A DNA stretch of 64,000 nt from a virus (IMGVR_UViG_3300031992_000005:160001-224000), one strand, 5' to 3'; positions 28,001 through 36,046 are shown, counted from the first letter of the stretch. Notes: generated from the letters alone by a model not told the origin. Translations and numbers: made by a program.

Positions 28001-28620
28001 GCTTAACAAATGTTGGTGATAGTTCATTTGGTAACTGCTCTTCTCTAGAGTATTTATATGTTAATAATTCTAATATCGCCTTATATGATCTCGGATTGGA
28101 TGGGACAACAAATATTAAAGAAATTGTATTAGGTGACTTAGTTAATAGGGAATTTCTTGACTCTGGTCGTCTTGAATTACGAGAATATGAGCCTAATATA
28201 GAAACCTTTACTTTTGGTGCGGGCTTTGATAGACTTTGCAAAAAATTTTTCAAGAAGTGTACTAAATTGAAGTCTGTTACTCTTGGTAAAAACATGACTT
28301 CTATAGAAGAAAACGCCTTTCTTGGGTGTACTATGTTACCATCCATTGTTATTCCTGCGTCTGTAACTAGTATTGGTGAGTATGCTTTCTCAGATTGTAT
28401 TAGACTAAAGGATATCACTTCAAAAAATCCAACTCCACCAACAGTAGCGGATAATACTTTTGGAACTGGTCAGCCAGATAATGGATTTACTGGTCGAAAT
28501 ACATATAACCAGAATGTTAATAAACTTCATGTGCCTAAGGGAGCAACTGCCTATAATACTGCTTGGAGTAGGTTGTTGGTTTATTATTGGTCAGGATTTA
28601 CAGTAGAATACAATGGATAA
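25021..28620 (+). CDS. large BspA-type leucine-rich-repeat protein, putative tail fibre/receptor-binding protein
   Basis: 1199 aa. It has an N-terminal module shared with 23019 and 45748, an internal duplication (...WYEY...IDG.SY..W.K...) and a long LRR_5-like array. Confidence 0.75.
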   Translation: MANKKYMHRFSTTVDRLNYEDNPTIYTEPYLSVVEENKLTVYYNKSSAETGYLKFTQLGEDGGTIGIIENNNNINLEYSFDGKIWIPFPVSGLFLNSGESALLKGNNTTIYPARFTMTGLVRASGSIMSILYGESFKDSTTIPSENCFQGLFSNCTSLTFAPELPATTLTEGCYAAMFQGTSITNFPTLPASYVPNGSYARMFFDCTNLRGTGYISALTSEENSFFRMFSRAGLQGELTIVRPPNATWPVEEFIGEGVNVTSVPDENDKIQVRRLYKTETKYSTDNGSVGNLYYDDEEWYEYVGRHVIDGHSYYLWEKNDNRSSGSERNSVMKRYAITENRYPTCDLEYPYTPLGFLTSDFDASYSGPDISDTFFVYYDSQNDRLYKEALSYLGPDLVDWYEYSNPIIIDGYTYHAWKKKTSSRVEGEHLINTAGTTRPSHFYLLLDTLNPVCSGSNPITALGYLRPDQSMYFMNSGSDYIIKYDSRTLGWKRWCRAENNETGAYAEFFTIDGYSIEYETLRSVFLDQLDGIAGIKLIIGYEGLLDINLELLGLSSLVKDLVLVGSLKSCKIPGINSLQTLNLENSSITDLNISSGSTNLRSIVFPPNLEFIGSIKETAMSELVIPPTVKYISSHAFTGSTRLNNVVLSSGLSGIGSEAFEGCTSLEEIVIPRSVIYLGTNLFSDSGLKTVVVNASIKSLLKVFNDCPNLSQVTLPECLENIGNYCFSYCTQLTSINLPNGLNSLDDHAFSASGITSIQIPPQVNVIGSSVFYDCSELTDVEIQTTNNTVEVQKNAFYNCTKLTHINLEKLTTIDEYAFCNCNSLTSVNLEKISTIKANAFARCTSLTDVSISSPVTRVISSNTIFPNCDNIKTVYINCTNFSTSIFSTTSLNSVEEVILGTKCSSIPGKFTNFANLRSVIIQGNLIRSLGLNLFKGCTNLTSLEIPSSVTSIGSNAFKESGLEEITIPDSVKTISSHAFDGCTSLARVSVGSGLTNVGDSSFGNCSSLEYLYVNNSNIALYDLGLDGTTNIKEIVLGDLVNREFLDSGRLELREYEPNIETFTFGAGFDRLCKKFFKKCTKLKSVTLGKNMTSIEENAFLGCTMLPSIVIPASVTSIGEYAFSDCIRLKDITSKNPTPPTVADNTFGTGQPDNGFTGRNTYNQNVNKLHVPKGATAYNTAWSRLLVYYWSGFTVEYNG

Positions 28621-29044
28621 GGAAATTTTAGTAGGAAGTAGGGCTTTTTTCTCTGAGTTTCCAGATTTTAATTCAAAAGATAAAGATTTGGTTAAATTAG
28701 TAGATTCAAGCCCCTTCTTTAAAAAATATGGTCAGATACATTTAAGAAACCTTTGTTGTTTTGAATTTATCATGACCACAAAAGAACAATTTATACAAGA
28801 TGCGTTAGATTCAGAATTAGGGATGACATTGGGAAAATTTTTAGTTCCAGAATTTTGTAAAGAAATAGATTTTACAATAGAAGATCTTCCTAGGCTAAGA
28901 CACCTAGTTGAGATCTTAGACCCTAAACATTCTTATGAGAAGTTGATTTATGACTTCTACTTAGAGAATGGAGAAATGATTCTAACAAAAAATCAATTAC
29001 AAATAGTCTACGAAGAATATAAGAAAACTCGGGAGGCGGAATAA
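28613..29044 (+). CDS. hypothetical protein
   Basis: From the ORF track. Its start overlaps the stop of the LRR gene. Confidence 0.5.
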   Translation: MDKEILVGSRAFFSEFPDFNSKDKDLVKLVDSSPFFKKYGQIHLRNLCCFEFIMTTKEQFIQDALDSELGMTLGKFLVPEFCKEIDFTIEDLPRLRHLVEILDPKHSYEKLIYDFYLENGEMILTKNQLQIVYEEYKKTREAE

Positions 29045-29074
29045 TATGTTCCCCTCCCATTAATAATAATTGTT

Positions 29075-29497
29075 ATGAAGAAATTAGTTATGGCTGCCTT
29101 CCTCTTGTTGCTATCTTGGAAGGTTTTTGCTCAGGATTCAACCAATTATTGGACCCCGATTATAGAAGCAATAATAAAAGTAGAAAGTGGCGGAAATCCT
29201 AAGGCAGTGTCTAGGACAGGAGCTTACGTTGGTATACTTCAGATCTCAAAGGGCCTAGTTGATGATGTTAATTCTTACCTAAGACATAAAGGTGAAACAA
29301 CTAGGTACGCTTATTCCGATCGACTTAATCCTGATAAATCTAAGGAAATGTTTATCCTATATCAGGAAAAGTACAATAAGCATAAAAGTGTAGAAAAAGC
29401 AATAAGAATCTGGAACGGTGGTCCTAAGCATACCATCAAAGGAACACAAGCTTACCTAAAGAGAGTTCTGAGACACCTGGAACCAGGGGAGGGATAA
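29075..29497 (+). CDS. secreted lytic transglycosylase / lysozyme-like (SLT domain)
   Basis: Signal peptide MKKLVMAAFLLLLSWKVFAQ. Catalytic region is IKVESGGNPKAVS...GILQIS. Confidence 0.75.
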   Translation: MKKLVMAAFLLLLSWKVFAQDSTNYWTPIIEAIIKVESGGNPKAVSRTGAYVGILQISKGLVDDVNSYLRHKGETTRYAYSDRLNPDKSKEMFILYQEKYNKHKSVEKAIRIWNGGPKHTIKGTQAYLKRVLRHLEPGEG

Positions 29498-29541
29498 AAA
29501 CCTCCCTCTAGGAAGCCACTATTTCCTTACTAATGGAGGTT

Positions 29542-29627
29542 GCCGGGATGACGGAATGGGTGAGACGTGACAGATTTAAAATCTGTTGGCTATTGCAGCC
29601 GTGTGGGTTCGAATCCCATTCCCGGTA
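29542..29627 (+). tRNA. tRNA-Leu (TAA)
   Basis: Acceptor is GCCGGGA/TCCCGGT and the anticodon arm is ACAGA/TTTAAAA/TCTGT. The long variable arm is GGCTATTGCAGCC and the T-arm is GTGGG/TTCGAAT/CCCAT. Confidence 0.85.
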
Positions 29628-29706
29628 CTTACAGCATTCGAACATGATATTTTTATGGTTTTTTGGAAGGGTCCGTCCGTGAGGGATAGATCCTTCTTTT
29701 TTTCTT

Positions 29707-29727
29707 CCCCTTAATGCCTTATATATG
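29707..29727 (+). promoter_or_regulatory. phage promoter-like consensus
   Basis: CCCCTTAATGCCTTATATATG. Confidence 0.5.
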
Positions 29728-29841
29728 TAATGTTTATTTTTCATTATTAATTTATTTTATATGTAATGTTTATTTTTCATTATTAATTTATTTTGAATTG
29801 GGAAGAGTCAGTCCGGGATGGATAGACTCTTTTTTTTTTAT

Positions 29842-29864
29842 CCCCCCAATGCCTTATATATAAG
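29842..29864 (+). promoter_or_regulatory. phage promoter-like consensus
   Basis: CCCCCCAATGCCTTATATATAAG. Confidence 0.5.
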
Positions 29865-29936
29865 ATTCCATTTTTATATTTTTATATTGGTTTTAGAAGG
29901 ATCAGTCCGAGATGGATAGATCTTTCTTTTTTATTC

Positions 29937-29960
29937 CCCTTAATGCCTTATATATATAGA
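29937..29960 (+). promoter_or_regulatory. phage promoter-like consensus
   Basis: CCCCTTAATGCCTTATATATATAG. Confidence 0.5.
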
Positions 29961-30031
29961 AATTTTGTTTTTACCATATTTAAATTGGGAAGAGTCAGTC
30001 CGAGATGGATAGGCTCTTTTTTTTTACCCTT

Positions 30032-30056
30032 CCCCATTAATGCCTTATGTATATAA
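30032..30056 (+). promoter_or_regulatory. phage promoter-like consensus (drives gene at 30068)
   Basis: CCCCATTAATGCCTTATGTATATAA. The ATG at 30047 lies inside this motif. Confidence 0.5.
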
Positions 30057-30067
30057 ATTTAATAAAA

Positions 30068-30328
30068 ATGCAATGTATGAACTATGAAAGGTTATATTCC
30101 CCGGATACGAAAGTGGTTTGTAAAACAGTAGGGGAAGATATCTCTGCTACTCACATAGCGGAGATATTAAAGAATAAGTTTTTAGAGAATGATATCTTCC
30201 TTCAGGAGGGTGATCATTTTATATTGGGGAAATCGCAGTATTTCATTGTCCTAGTTTCCCCAGTGGTGAACGAAGGAATGGATTTCTTTGAGGAGATCCA
30301 ATTTACAGTTGAAACGGTAGAGATGTAG
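30068..30328 (+). CDS. hypothetical protein
   Basis: This is ORF 30047..30328 trimmed to the first ATG downstream of the promoter motif. A terminator hairpin agatgta-gaaa-tacatct overlaps the stop. Confidence 0.5.
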   Translation: MQCMNYERLYSPDTKVVCKTVGEDISATHIAEILKNKFLENDIFLQEGDHFILGKSQYFIVLVSPVVNEGMDFFEEIQFTVETVEM

Positions 30329-30396
30329 AAATACATCTTTACTTTTTTCTTTCCTTAAAAGCTTTAATAATGTATAGTTAATAAATAAGAAAAATT

Positions 30397-31059
30397 ATGA
30401 AATACCTATTAGAGTATTTAGAAGAAGTTGTTAAAATAACACCAAAAGGTGAAGTAACGACAGAAGAAGACGAAATTAATGGTCTTTCAGGTGAAAGTGT
30501 TTATATAGATGGTAAGTGTAGTGATATTTTCGTCGCCCACGTAGATTATCTTAGGTGGATTGAAAGAGTTTTAGAGGAAAGTATCGCTGATGAAAGATAT
30601 AATGTTGGCGATTGGGTTATCGACGAAGATGGATGCGCATGGTTTATTGAGGAAATTAATCCCGTAAGCTATAAATTAGTGTCTAAGTCAGCCCAAAGAA
30701 AACTGATAAGTAGATCTGAAGCTCGCACTACACTTAGACCTTGGACGATAGATGATGCTAAGGCATTCGATTACTTGATGGTGAGAAGCAAAGATTACGG
30801 CTATGTGGCTATTATTATGTGTGGTCAAGATAGTACTAATGGTCTCATTTGTGGTATATGTGGAATTGAGCTCGTAAAGAACGAAAACATACATGCTCCT
30901 TGGTTAAAAGGAATATCCACAAAGGATTATATTATTGTACCAGCATTAGATGGTCAGAGGCAAGAATTATCGAAACTTGGGCCAAACTCTCCCGAAGTAA
31001 TTATGAGTGAGGAGATGAGGAGAGAGTTCTTAGCTTATTCAATTACTAACCGATCATGA
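30397..31059 (+). CDS. hypothetical protein
   Basis: From the ORF track. Its stop overlaps the next start (ATGA). Confidence 0.55.
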   Translation: MKYLLEYLEEVVKITPKGEVTTEEDEINGLSGESVYIDGKCSDIFVAHVDYLRWIERVLEESIADERYNVGDWVIDEDGCAWFIEEINPVSYKLVSKSAQRKLISRSEARTTLRPWTIDDAKAFDYLMVRSKDYGYVAIIMCGQDSTNGLICGICGIELVKNENIHAPWLKGISTKDYIIVPALDGQRQELSKLGPNSPEVIMSEEMRREFLAYSITNRS

Positions 31060-31250
31060 CAAGTTCATCCAAGTATTTCTTTAAAAAGAATAGAAGACGT
31101 ATTGCAACCAGTATTTGGTTTATTGCATTTATCGTATGGTGTATTTATCTACCAACTGTAACGAGGATTGAACCTTTGTGGGTTTGGGTAGTACCGTACG
31201 TAATCGCATTCTTGTTTGCATCAATTGTTTACTTAGCTATAGTCAGATAA
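31056..31250 (+). CDS. small 2-TM membrane protein, paralog 1 of 7
   Basis: MTSSSKYFFKKNRRRIATSIWFIAFIVW... followed by a second hydrophobic segment. Confidence 0.6.
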   Translation: MTSSSKYFFKKNRRRIATSIWFIAFIVWCIYLPTVTRIEPLWVWVVPYVIAFLFASIVYLAIVR

Positions 31251-31251
31251 T

Positions 31252-31455
31252 ATGATAAGCAGTAGGAAGTATTTTTATGAGAGATATAAGGGTGCAATTG
31301 CATTTGTAATTGCAATAGTAGCACTTATGGTATTTTTCGCATTTCTCGTTAAAGTGATAGATACTGGAGATAATTTATTAATAGTGTCGTATGTAACGCT
31401 ATTCCTTATTACGTTTGCAGTATATTTATTCATCGTACTTTACAAATTTACATGA
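31252..31455 (+). CDS. small 2-TM membrane protein, paralog 2 of 7
   Basis: MISSRKYFYERYKGAIAFVIAIVALMVF... Confidence 0.6.
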   Translation: MISSRKYFYERYKGAIAFVIAIVALMVFFAFLVKVIDTGDNLLIVSYVTLFLITFAVYLFIVLYKFT

Positions 31456-31649
31456 AAAGTTCGTATAGTTATTTTACTGAAAAGTACTGGGAAGGCATTT
31501 CTATCGGTATTTGGATAGTAGCACTTATAGTTTGGGCAATATTTGCACCAACCGTAAAAGAGATAGGGGCTGTTTGGTTTATACTATATACGCTTTTATT
31601 CATTATTGCATCGCTCGCGTATTTTGTTATACTATCACGCCATGATTAG
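31452..31649 (+). CDS. small 2-TM membrane protein, paralog 3 of 7
   Basis: MKSSYSYFTEKYWEGISIGIWIVALIVW... Confidence 0.6.
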   Translation: MKSSYSYFTEKYWEGISIGIWIVALIVWAIFAPTVKEIGAVWFILYTLLFIIASLAYFVILSRHD

Positions 31650-31848
31650 TTCAAGGAAATACTTTTTTAAGAAAAATAGACGTATAATTGTTTTCTGTAT
31701 TTGGGCAATTATAGCTGTATTTTGGGGAATATATTTACCCAAAGCTGCATGTACTTCAATCTCAATCTTCCTGGTATACTTTATACTGGGCATTGCTATG
31801 TCGGTATTATTATTTCATAAGTACATTATACCGGAAGACGATGACTAG
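31642..31848 (+). CDS. small 2-TM membrane protein, paralog 4 of 7
   Basis: MISSRKYFFKKNRRIIVFCIWAIIAVFW... This is ORF 31606 trimmed to the family-conserved Met. Confidence 0.55.
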   Translation: MISSRKYFFKKNRRIIVFCIWAIIAVFWGIYLPKAACTSISIFLVYFILGIAMSVLLFHKYIIPEDDD

Positions 31849-32047
31849 TTATAGGAAATATTTATATAGAAAATATAAGAGCGGTTTATACTATTGTATT
31901 TCAGTAGTTCTTTCCGTAACTTATGCGATCTACTCAATTATGTTTATGGCTATGAATGGAATAAAGATATTCACATGGTTTTTATTCACTATTCCTATAG
32001 TTATATTAGTAATAATATTTTTAAACCACCTAGCAAGACATAGTTAA
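31841..32047 (+). CDS. small 2-TM membrane protein, paralog 5 of 7
   Basis: MTSYRKYLYRKYKSGLYYCISVVLSVTY... This is ORF 31793 trimmed to the family-conserved Met. Confidence 0.55.
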   Translation: MTSYRKYLYRKYKSGLYYCISVVLSVTYAIYSIMFMAMNGIKIFTWFLFTIPIVILVIIFLNHLARHS

Positions 32048-32048
32048 T

Positions 32049-32276
32049 ATGCAAAGTCCATTTAAGTATTTTCTAAAAAAGCATAAAGAAGATATATACT
32101 TTTATGTATGGGTATTGTTAACTATAGTAGATGCAATTTATTTGGCTATATCCTTGGCATTATCCATAATTGATGAAAGTAAAGGTGCTTTTTATGCGCG
32201 GTGTAGTACAATATTAGCTTTTTGCGCATTTGGAATCTTTACCGTGATATTAAGTTATTTAAAAGAAAAAGGTTGA
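32049..32276 (+). CDS. small 2-TM membrane protein, paralog 6 of 7
   Basis: MQSPFKYFLKKHKEDIYFYVWVLLTIVD... Confidence 0.6.
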   Translation: MQSPFKYFLKKHKEDIYFYVWVLLTIVDAIYLAISLALSIIDESKGAFYARCSTILAFCAFGIFTVILSYLKEKG

Positions 32277-32280
32277 AGAT

Positions 32281-32517
32281 ATGCAAAGTTCATTTAGTTA
32301 TTTCAGAAGAAAACACCTAGGTAATATCCTAGTAATTACGTGGGTACTAATAATAGTGGTAGGGTTAATTGATTTACTGGTTTTCGCAAATTGTTTGTTA
32401 TTTGAGGTTGAATCTGTGTGGAAACCAGCCTTACTTTGGTTTGGGATACTGTTTGCGGCATTTATTCTAATAACAGTATTAATGATGTACTTATTTGCTA
32501 CGAATCGGATAGAATAA
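32281..32517 (+). CDS. small 2-TM membrane protein, paralog 7 of 7
   Basis: MQSSFSYFRRKHLGNILVITWVLIIVVG... Confidence 0.6.
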   Translation: MQSSFSYFRRKHLGNILVITWVLIIVVGLIDLLVFANCLLFEVESVWKPALLWFGILFAAFILITVLMMYLFATNRIE

Positions 32518-32804
32518 TGACAAAAAAGTATTGGAATGATTGGAAAAGAAGAATAGGTGAAACTATAAATATACACCTATTCTGGAACCGCATAGATGGA
32601 ACAATAATACGGAAAGCCAATAGTGGATTATTAGATCCAGAGGATAGAATAGTCAAGGCGACATTTCATGAAAAATCTGTTGACTTAACTATCGAACGTA
32701 GCAATTATTATTATATCGGTTCACACTATCTTTCTAAAAATGAATATATTACTTTGGAAAGAGAAAAAATAGCATGTATAATTTTTAAGAAAAATGGAAA
32801 ATAG
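32517..32804 (+). CDS. hypothetical protein
   Basis: This is ORF 32418..32804 trimmed to ATG 32517 (TAATG overlap). It reads MTKKYWNDWKRR... Confidence 0.5.
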   Translation: MTKKYWNDWKRRIGETINIHLFWNRIDGTIIRKANSGLLDPEDRIVKATFHEKSVDLTIERSNYYYIGSHYLSKNEYITLEREKIACIIFKKNGK

Positions 32805-32946
32805 CTGGTTATTATTAGAGAACGGTAGAGTAATAGAAGAATATCCTTCTAAGACAAAAGCTAAAAATGCTAAGTGGTGGAAGGAAAAAGAAGCCAGAGA
32901 AAACTGGCTAGACCTAAGTTATGAAATTAAGCCAAAAACTGAATAA
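32794..32946 (+). CDS. hypothetical 50-aa protein (below ORF-track cutoff)
   Basis: Reads MENSWLLLENGRVIEEYPSKTKAKNAKWWKEKEARENWLDLSYEIKPKTE. It fills the gap between its neighbours. Confidence 0.35.
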   Translation: MENSWLLLENGRVIEEYPSKTKAKNAKWWKEKEARENWLDLSYEIKPKTE

Positions 32947-32947
32947 T

Positions 32948-33334
32948 ATGTTAACAGTTTATACTGCCGATGAATACGGTTTGTTACGATTAACTAGGAC
33001 AACCTATTCTTGGCCTGAAGAGAAAAGATCTCCTCGAGAACAGATTAATTGGATTAAGATTCGCATTAAGAATCTTAGGGGCAAAGAATCTATAAAAACT
33101 TTTAGTCCTTACATTTTGAATTATCTCAACTTAGCCCTTGAAAAGGGAGATATCAAGCCAGAAGATCTTGAGGTAATAGAAGTTATCAGATGTGATGATA
33201 GTGTCGAAGAAGTAAGCTTAAAAGTTAAAGATGATAAGGGGAGATGTTTAATAGATACTAGATCTCTATCAGATCCAATTTCTGAAATTTATCAAGAATT
33301 TAATAATCTTAGAAAAAATGAAAATCGAGTATGA
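32948..33334 (+). CDS. hypothetical protein
   Basis: In the ORF 32921..33334 frame. ATG 32948 directly follows the preceding stop. Confidence 0.5.
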   Translation: MLTVYTADEYGLLRLTRTTYSWPEEKRSPREQINWIKIRIKNLRGKESIKTFSPYILNYLNLALEKGDIKPEDLEVIEVIRCDDSVEEVSLKVKDDKGRCLIDTRSLSDPISEIYQEFNNLRKNENRV

Positions 33335-33608
33335 AGATTTAAAAAAGCACATGATCGTTCATTTAAAGATTAATAATGTAAACGTGATCGTATTTTATTT
33401 AACGGCTCAGGAAATAAAAAAGAAACGTATAAATGCTGATGAAGAAGGTTTCTATGGATTTAGAGGTCTTTGGTATAAAGGTAATGGTACGAGATATTCT
33501 TCCTATGGGAAAATTTATAACTTGAGCTATTACAAGAAAGACATGGAATTAGTAAGGACAGGTATTCATGGACTGTCGAAGAAAGAATTAAGGCATATTG
33601 TCAGGTAA
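33318..33608 (+). CDS. hypothetical protein
   Basis: From the ORF track, tiling on the same strand. Confidence 0.5.
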   Translation: MKIEYEDLKKHMIVHLKINNVNVIVFYLTAQEIKKKRINADEEGFYGFRGLWYKGNGTRYSSYGKIYNLSYYKKDMELVRTGIHGLSKKELRHIVR

Positions 33609-33609
33609 A

Positions 33610-33972
33610 ATGAGAAATTGTACTAACTTATCCCAATCGAAGGACTTGAAGAAGTACCTTCCACTTAATAGTGCGGATATGTATTATACTCCGCCCTTAG
33701 TGAATGGATTTACAGAATACTTAGTACATCCGATAAGAAAATTACCCATTGATTGGGAAGTAGAACAAGCTATTCCGTGTTGGACTTTGACTGCTTTGAT
33801 CAACATTCTACCAAGTTCAACACTTGATATATCCGACGATCATTATTGTAGAGTTTCTACGATGAATAGGAGTTCTGAATGGCATGGTAATCCAGTTGAT
33901 GCTTGCGTAGAAATGATTAAGAGATTACATAATTTAGGATTGATGAAAAATGGGAAAGTACGTAGACGTTGA
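33610..33972 (+). CDS. hypothetical protein
   Basis: This is ORF 33598..33972 trimmed to its first ATG. Confidence 0.5.
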   Translation: MRNCTNLSQSKDLKKYLPLNSADMYYTPPLVNGFTEYLVHPIRKLPIDWEVEQAIPCWTLTALINILPSSTLDISDDHYCRVSTMNRSSEWHGNPVDACVEMIKRLHNLGLMKNGKVRRR

Positions 33973-34072
33973 TGCAGTTATTGCAGAGTTAAAGAAAAGA
34001 AAAAAGAAAAACCCCCTAAACGAAGGCGCTTTTGAGGAAGATATTAAACTTCATGAACAAAAACTACTGTAG
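33950..34072 (+). CDS. hypothetical 40-aa protein (below ORF-track cutoff)
   Basis: Reads MGKYVDVDAVIAELKKRKKKNPLNEGAFEEDIKLHEQKLL. It fills the gap between its neighbours. Confidence 0.3.
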   Translation: MGKYVDVDAVIAELKKRKKKNPLNEGAFEEDIKLHEQKLL

Positions 34073-34074
34073 GT

Positions 34075-34380
34075 ATGGGACGACAATATATAGAAAAAAG
34101 TGAATTAGTAAAGGAGATAGAGAAAAGAATAAAAAAATTAAAGGATCTTCATTTTGATACAGTTACGGGTTATGCTGGAGAAATTTCAGGCTTAGAAAGA
34201 CTACTTTCTTTCCTCGATACTCTTGAGACGAAAGAGGTTGTGGCAGAACAGGAAGGTATATGTAATGGCATACTCAATACCATTATAGGAGATACTACTT
34301 GGCATCTTAAGATCCCACTTGATAAGGTAGGGTTAAAACACGGAGATAAAGTAAAAATATTCATAACAAAAGAAAAGTAG
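34075..34380 (+). CDS. hypothetical protein
   Basis: From the ORF track. Confidence 0.5.
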   Translation: MGRQYIEKSELVKEIEKRIKKLKDLHFDTVTGYAGEISGLERLLSFLDTLETKEVVAEQEGICNGILNTIIGDTTWHLKIPLDKVGLKHGDKVKIFITKEK

Positions 34381-34387
34381 TTTGATT

Positions 34388-34729
34388 ATGAAAGCAAAAA
34401 TACGAAAAACAGGTGAAATAGTAGACGTAATTTGTTATGGAGGGAGTCCTAATAGGAGAAGTGATGCACTTGACTACGTGAATTATATTGATTCACGGGG
34501 TGTTGAGCATACAGAATCAAATAACTTAAATTATTATTGGGACTTTGAACCAATAGAGACTACTGATGAGTATTGGCAAGAAGTAAGAAAACGTGCTGCT
34601 ATTGCTGCTTTACAGGGTCTTTCAGCAAATCCCGATTTAGTCTATGATAACGGTGATGAGAAAGTAGACATTGTTGCAAGAGCAATGAGATACGCTGATA
34701 AACTTGTTGAGAGACTTAAAAAGAAATAA
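34388..34729 (+). CDS. hypothetical protein
   Basis: This is ORF 34382..34729 trimmed to its first ATG. Confidence 0.5.
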   Translation: MKAKIRKTGEIVDVICYGGSPNRRSDALDYVNYIDSRGVEHTESNNLNYYWDFEPIETTDEYWQEVRKRAAIAALQGLSANPDLVYDNGDEKVDIVARAMRYADKLVERLKKK

Positions 34730-34731
34730 TT

Positions 34732-35100
34732 ATGGCAACGATTAAGAGCAATTTACTAATTAAAATTGACAGCTTAAAAAACGCTGTAGAAAAAGAAGAT
34801 GTAGAGGTTTTAATCCACTTAATTGATGATATGGGTTTTGACAACAGAAAATCATCAATGATAGTGGATTTTGCAAAACAAATCATTATAAATTTTATAT
34901 CAGACTATATTAAGGAAAAAGATATAGAGACATTAAGAATAAGTAGAACTGGTGAGTATGGCACAAAAACATACGATACATATAGGAGATGTAAAGAAGA
35001 GCTTTTCCGAAATGGAACTAATGTGCAATGGACTTCTTTAGGTAAACTATATCAGGCGTATAAGTATATAAAGTATTGTATAAAGTATGGCAACAATTAA
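34732..35100 (+). CDS. hypothetical protein
   Basis: From the ORF track. Confidence 0.5.
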   Translation: MATIKSNLLIKIDSLKNAVEKEDVEVLIHLIDDMGFDNRKSSMIVDFAKQIIINFISDYIKEKDIETLRISRTGEYGTKTYDTYRRCKEELFRNGTNVQWTSLGKLYQAYKYIKYCIKYGNN

Positions 35101-35111
35101 GTCATTTGATT

Positions 35112-35360
35112 ATGGAACAAATTTTAGTGAATTTAAGTAACAGTCAAGTACAAGATATCTTAGAAGAACTTGGAATGCTTGAAGATGGCAATTGTTCTTA
35201 TACTGCGGAGGAAATATTTATAGCAGGAATGGAATATGCTATAAATAACGGATTATCGTGGTTAGATAAAAATATAGATTTTGAGCACGACTATCCATCA
35301 TCCAAAGAGGAACTAATTGAAAATTTACTTAAAGCAATGAAAGCAGAAAAAGTAGAATAA
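35112..35360 (+). CDS. hypothetical protein
   Basis: This is ORF 35076..35360 trimmed to the ATG after the upstream stop. Confidence 0.5.
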   Translation: MEQILVNLSNSQVQDILEELGMLEDGNCSYTAEEIFIAGMEYAINNGLSWLDKNIDFEHDYPSSKEELIENLLKAMKAEKVE

Positions 35361-36046
35361 TGTTTATGGAAAATAAATTTAAGATTAAGAAAGGTAATTG
35401 GTATGTTTGCATAAGAAGTTTAGACGATGATTATGGAACAAGGGCATTTCGTAAAGGAGATGTGTATTACTCCACAAAGGATGAAACTCTTATGCCAGAC
35501 AATTCTAACGTTCCTACTAAATTCTCATATTGTTGCCTAGATCAGTATTTCCGTCCTTGGTCTATTAAAGATGCAAGGGAAGGTGACATACTTGCATCTA
35601 AATCAGGGAAAAGAATATTTTCGTATAGCGGAAAACTTGATTTAAAGAATAGACCTTGTGCAAATTATGGTATTTACGAAACATATGATGGATTTATTCT
35701 AACTAAATGTGCTTTTGGTAATTTCTTTACATATGAAGAAGTATATCCTGCCACTAGAGACCAACATAATTTCCTTTTGAGGAAAATGCAAGAGGCTAAT
35801 TGGTCTTGGGATATAAGTAGTAACATGAAGTTAGGCATAAATACAAGAGGGAAGGATGTAGTCATATTTTCTAATGAGACAACTCAGTCTTTTAAGCAGA
35901 ACCATACTTGGAGTGAAGAGGATGAAGAAATGTTCGACTATGCTCTTGATATGGTAGAATGGTATGGAGGTAAAAATGAAGGAAAATCAAGAGATGTATC
36001 TGATTGGATTAAATCTCTTAAGCAAAGAATAAAAGGAAATGGCTGA
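35360..36046 (+). CDS. hypothetical protein
   Basis: From the ORF track. It has start/stop overlaps at both ends. Confidence 0.55.
   Translation: MFMENKFKIKKGNWYVCIRSLDDDYGTRAFRKGDVYYSTKDETLMPDNSNVPTKFSYCCLDQYFRPWSIKDAREGDILASKSGKRIFSYSGKLDLKNRPCANYGIYETYDGFILTKCAFGNFFTYEEVYPATRDQHNFLLRKMQEANWSWDISSNMKLGINTRGKDVVIFSNETTQSFKQNHTWSEEDEEMFDYALDMVEWYGGKNEGKSRDVSDWIKSLKQRIKGNG

Larger units (their letters stand above)
29640..30046 (+). repeat. array of 3 ORF-less promoter / short transcript / conserved-hairpin-terminator mini-cassettes (plus the tRNA-Leu terminator)
   Basis: Hairpins are at 29665-29696, 29801-29830, 29895-29927 and 29987-30018, each followed by a T-run. Promoter motifs are at 29707, 29842, 29937 and 30032. 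There is a 36-bp tandem duplication at 29723-29794. Confidence 0.6.

Noticed and set aside
29640-30046. Mini-cassette arrays (here and at 56939-58497) read as CRISPR arrays, possibly linked to the TnpB/Cas12-like gene
   Set aside because: The repeated part is a promoter motif plus a U-tailed hairpin, not a single direct repeat. The unique segments vary from about 22 to 60 nt. Units occur on both strands. The arrays lie 24-52 kb from tnpB and no cas genes are present. They are treated as independent transcription units instead.
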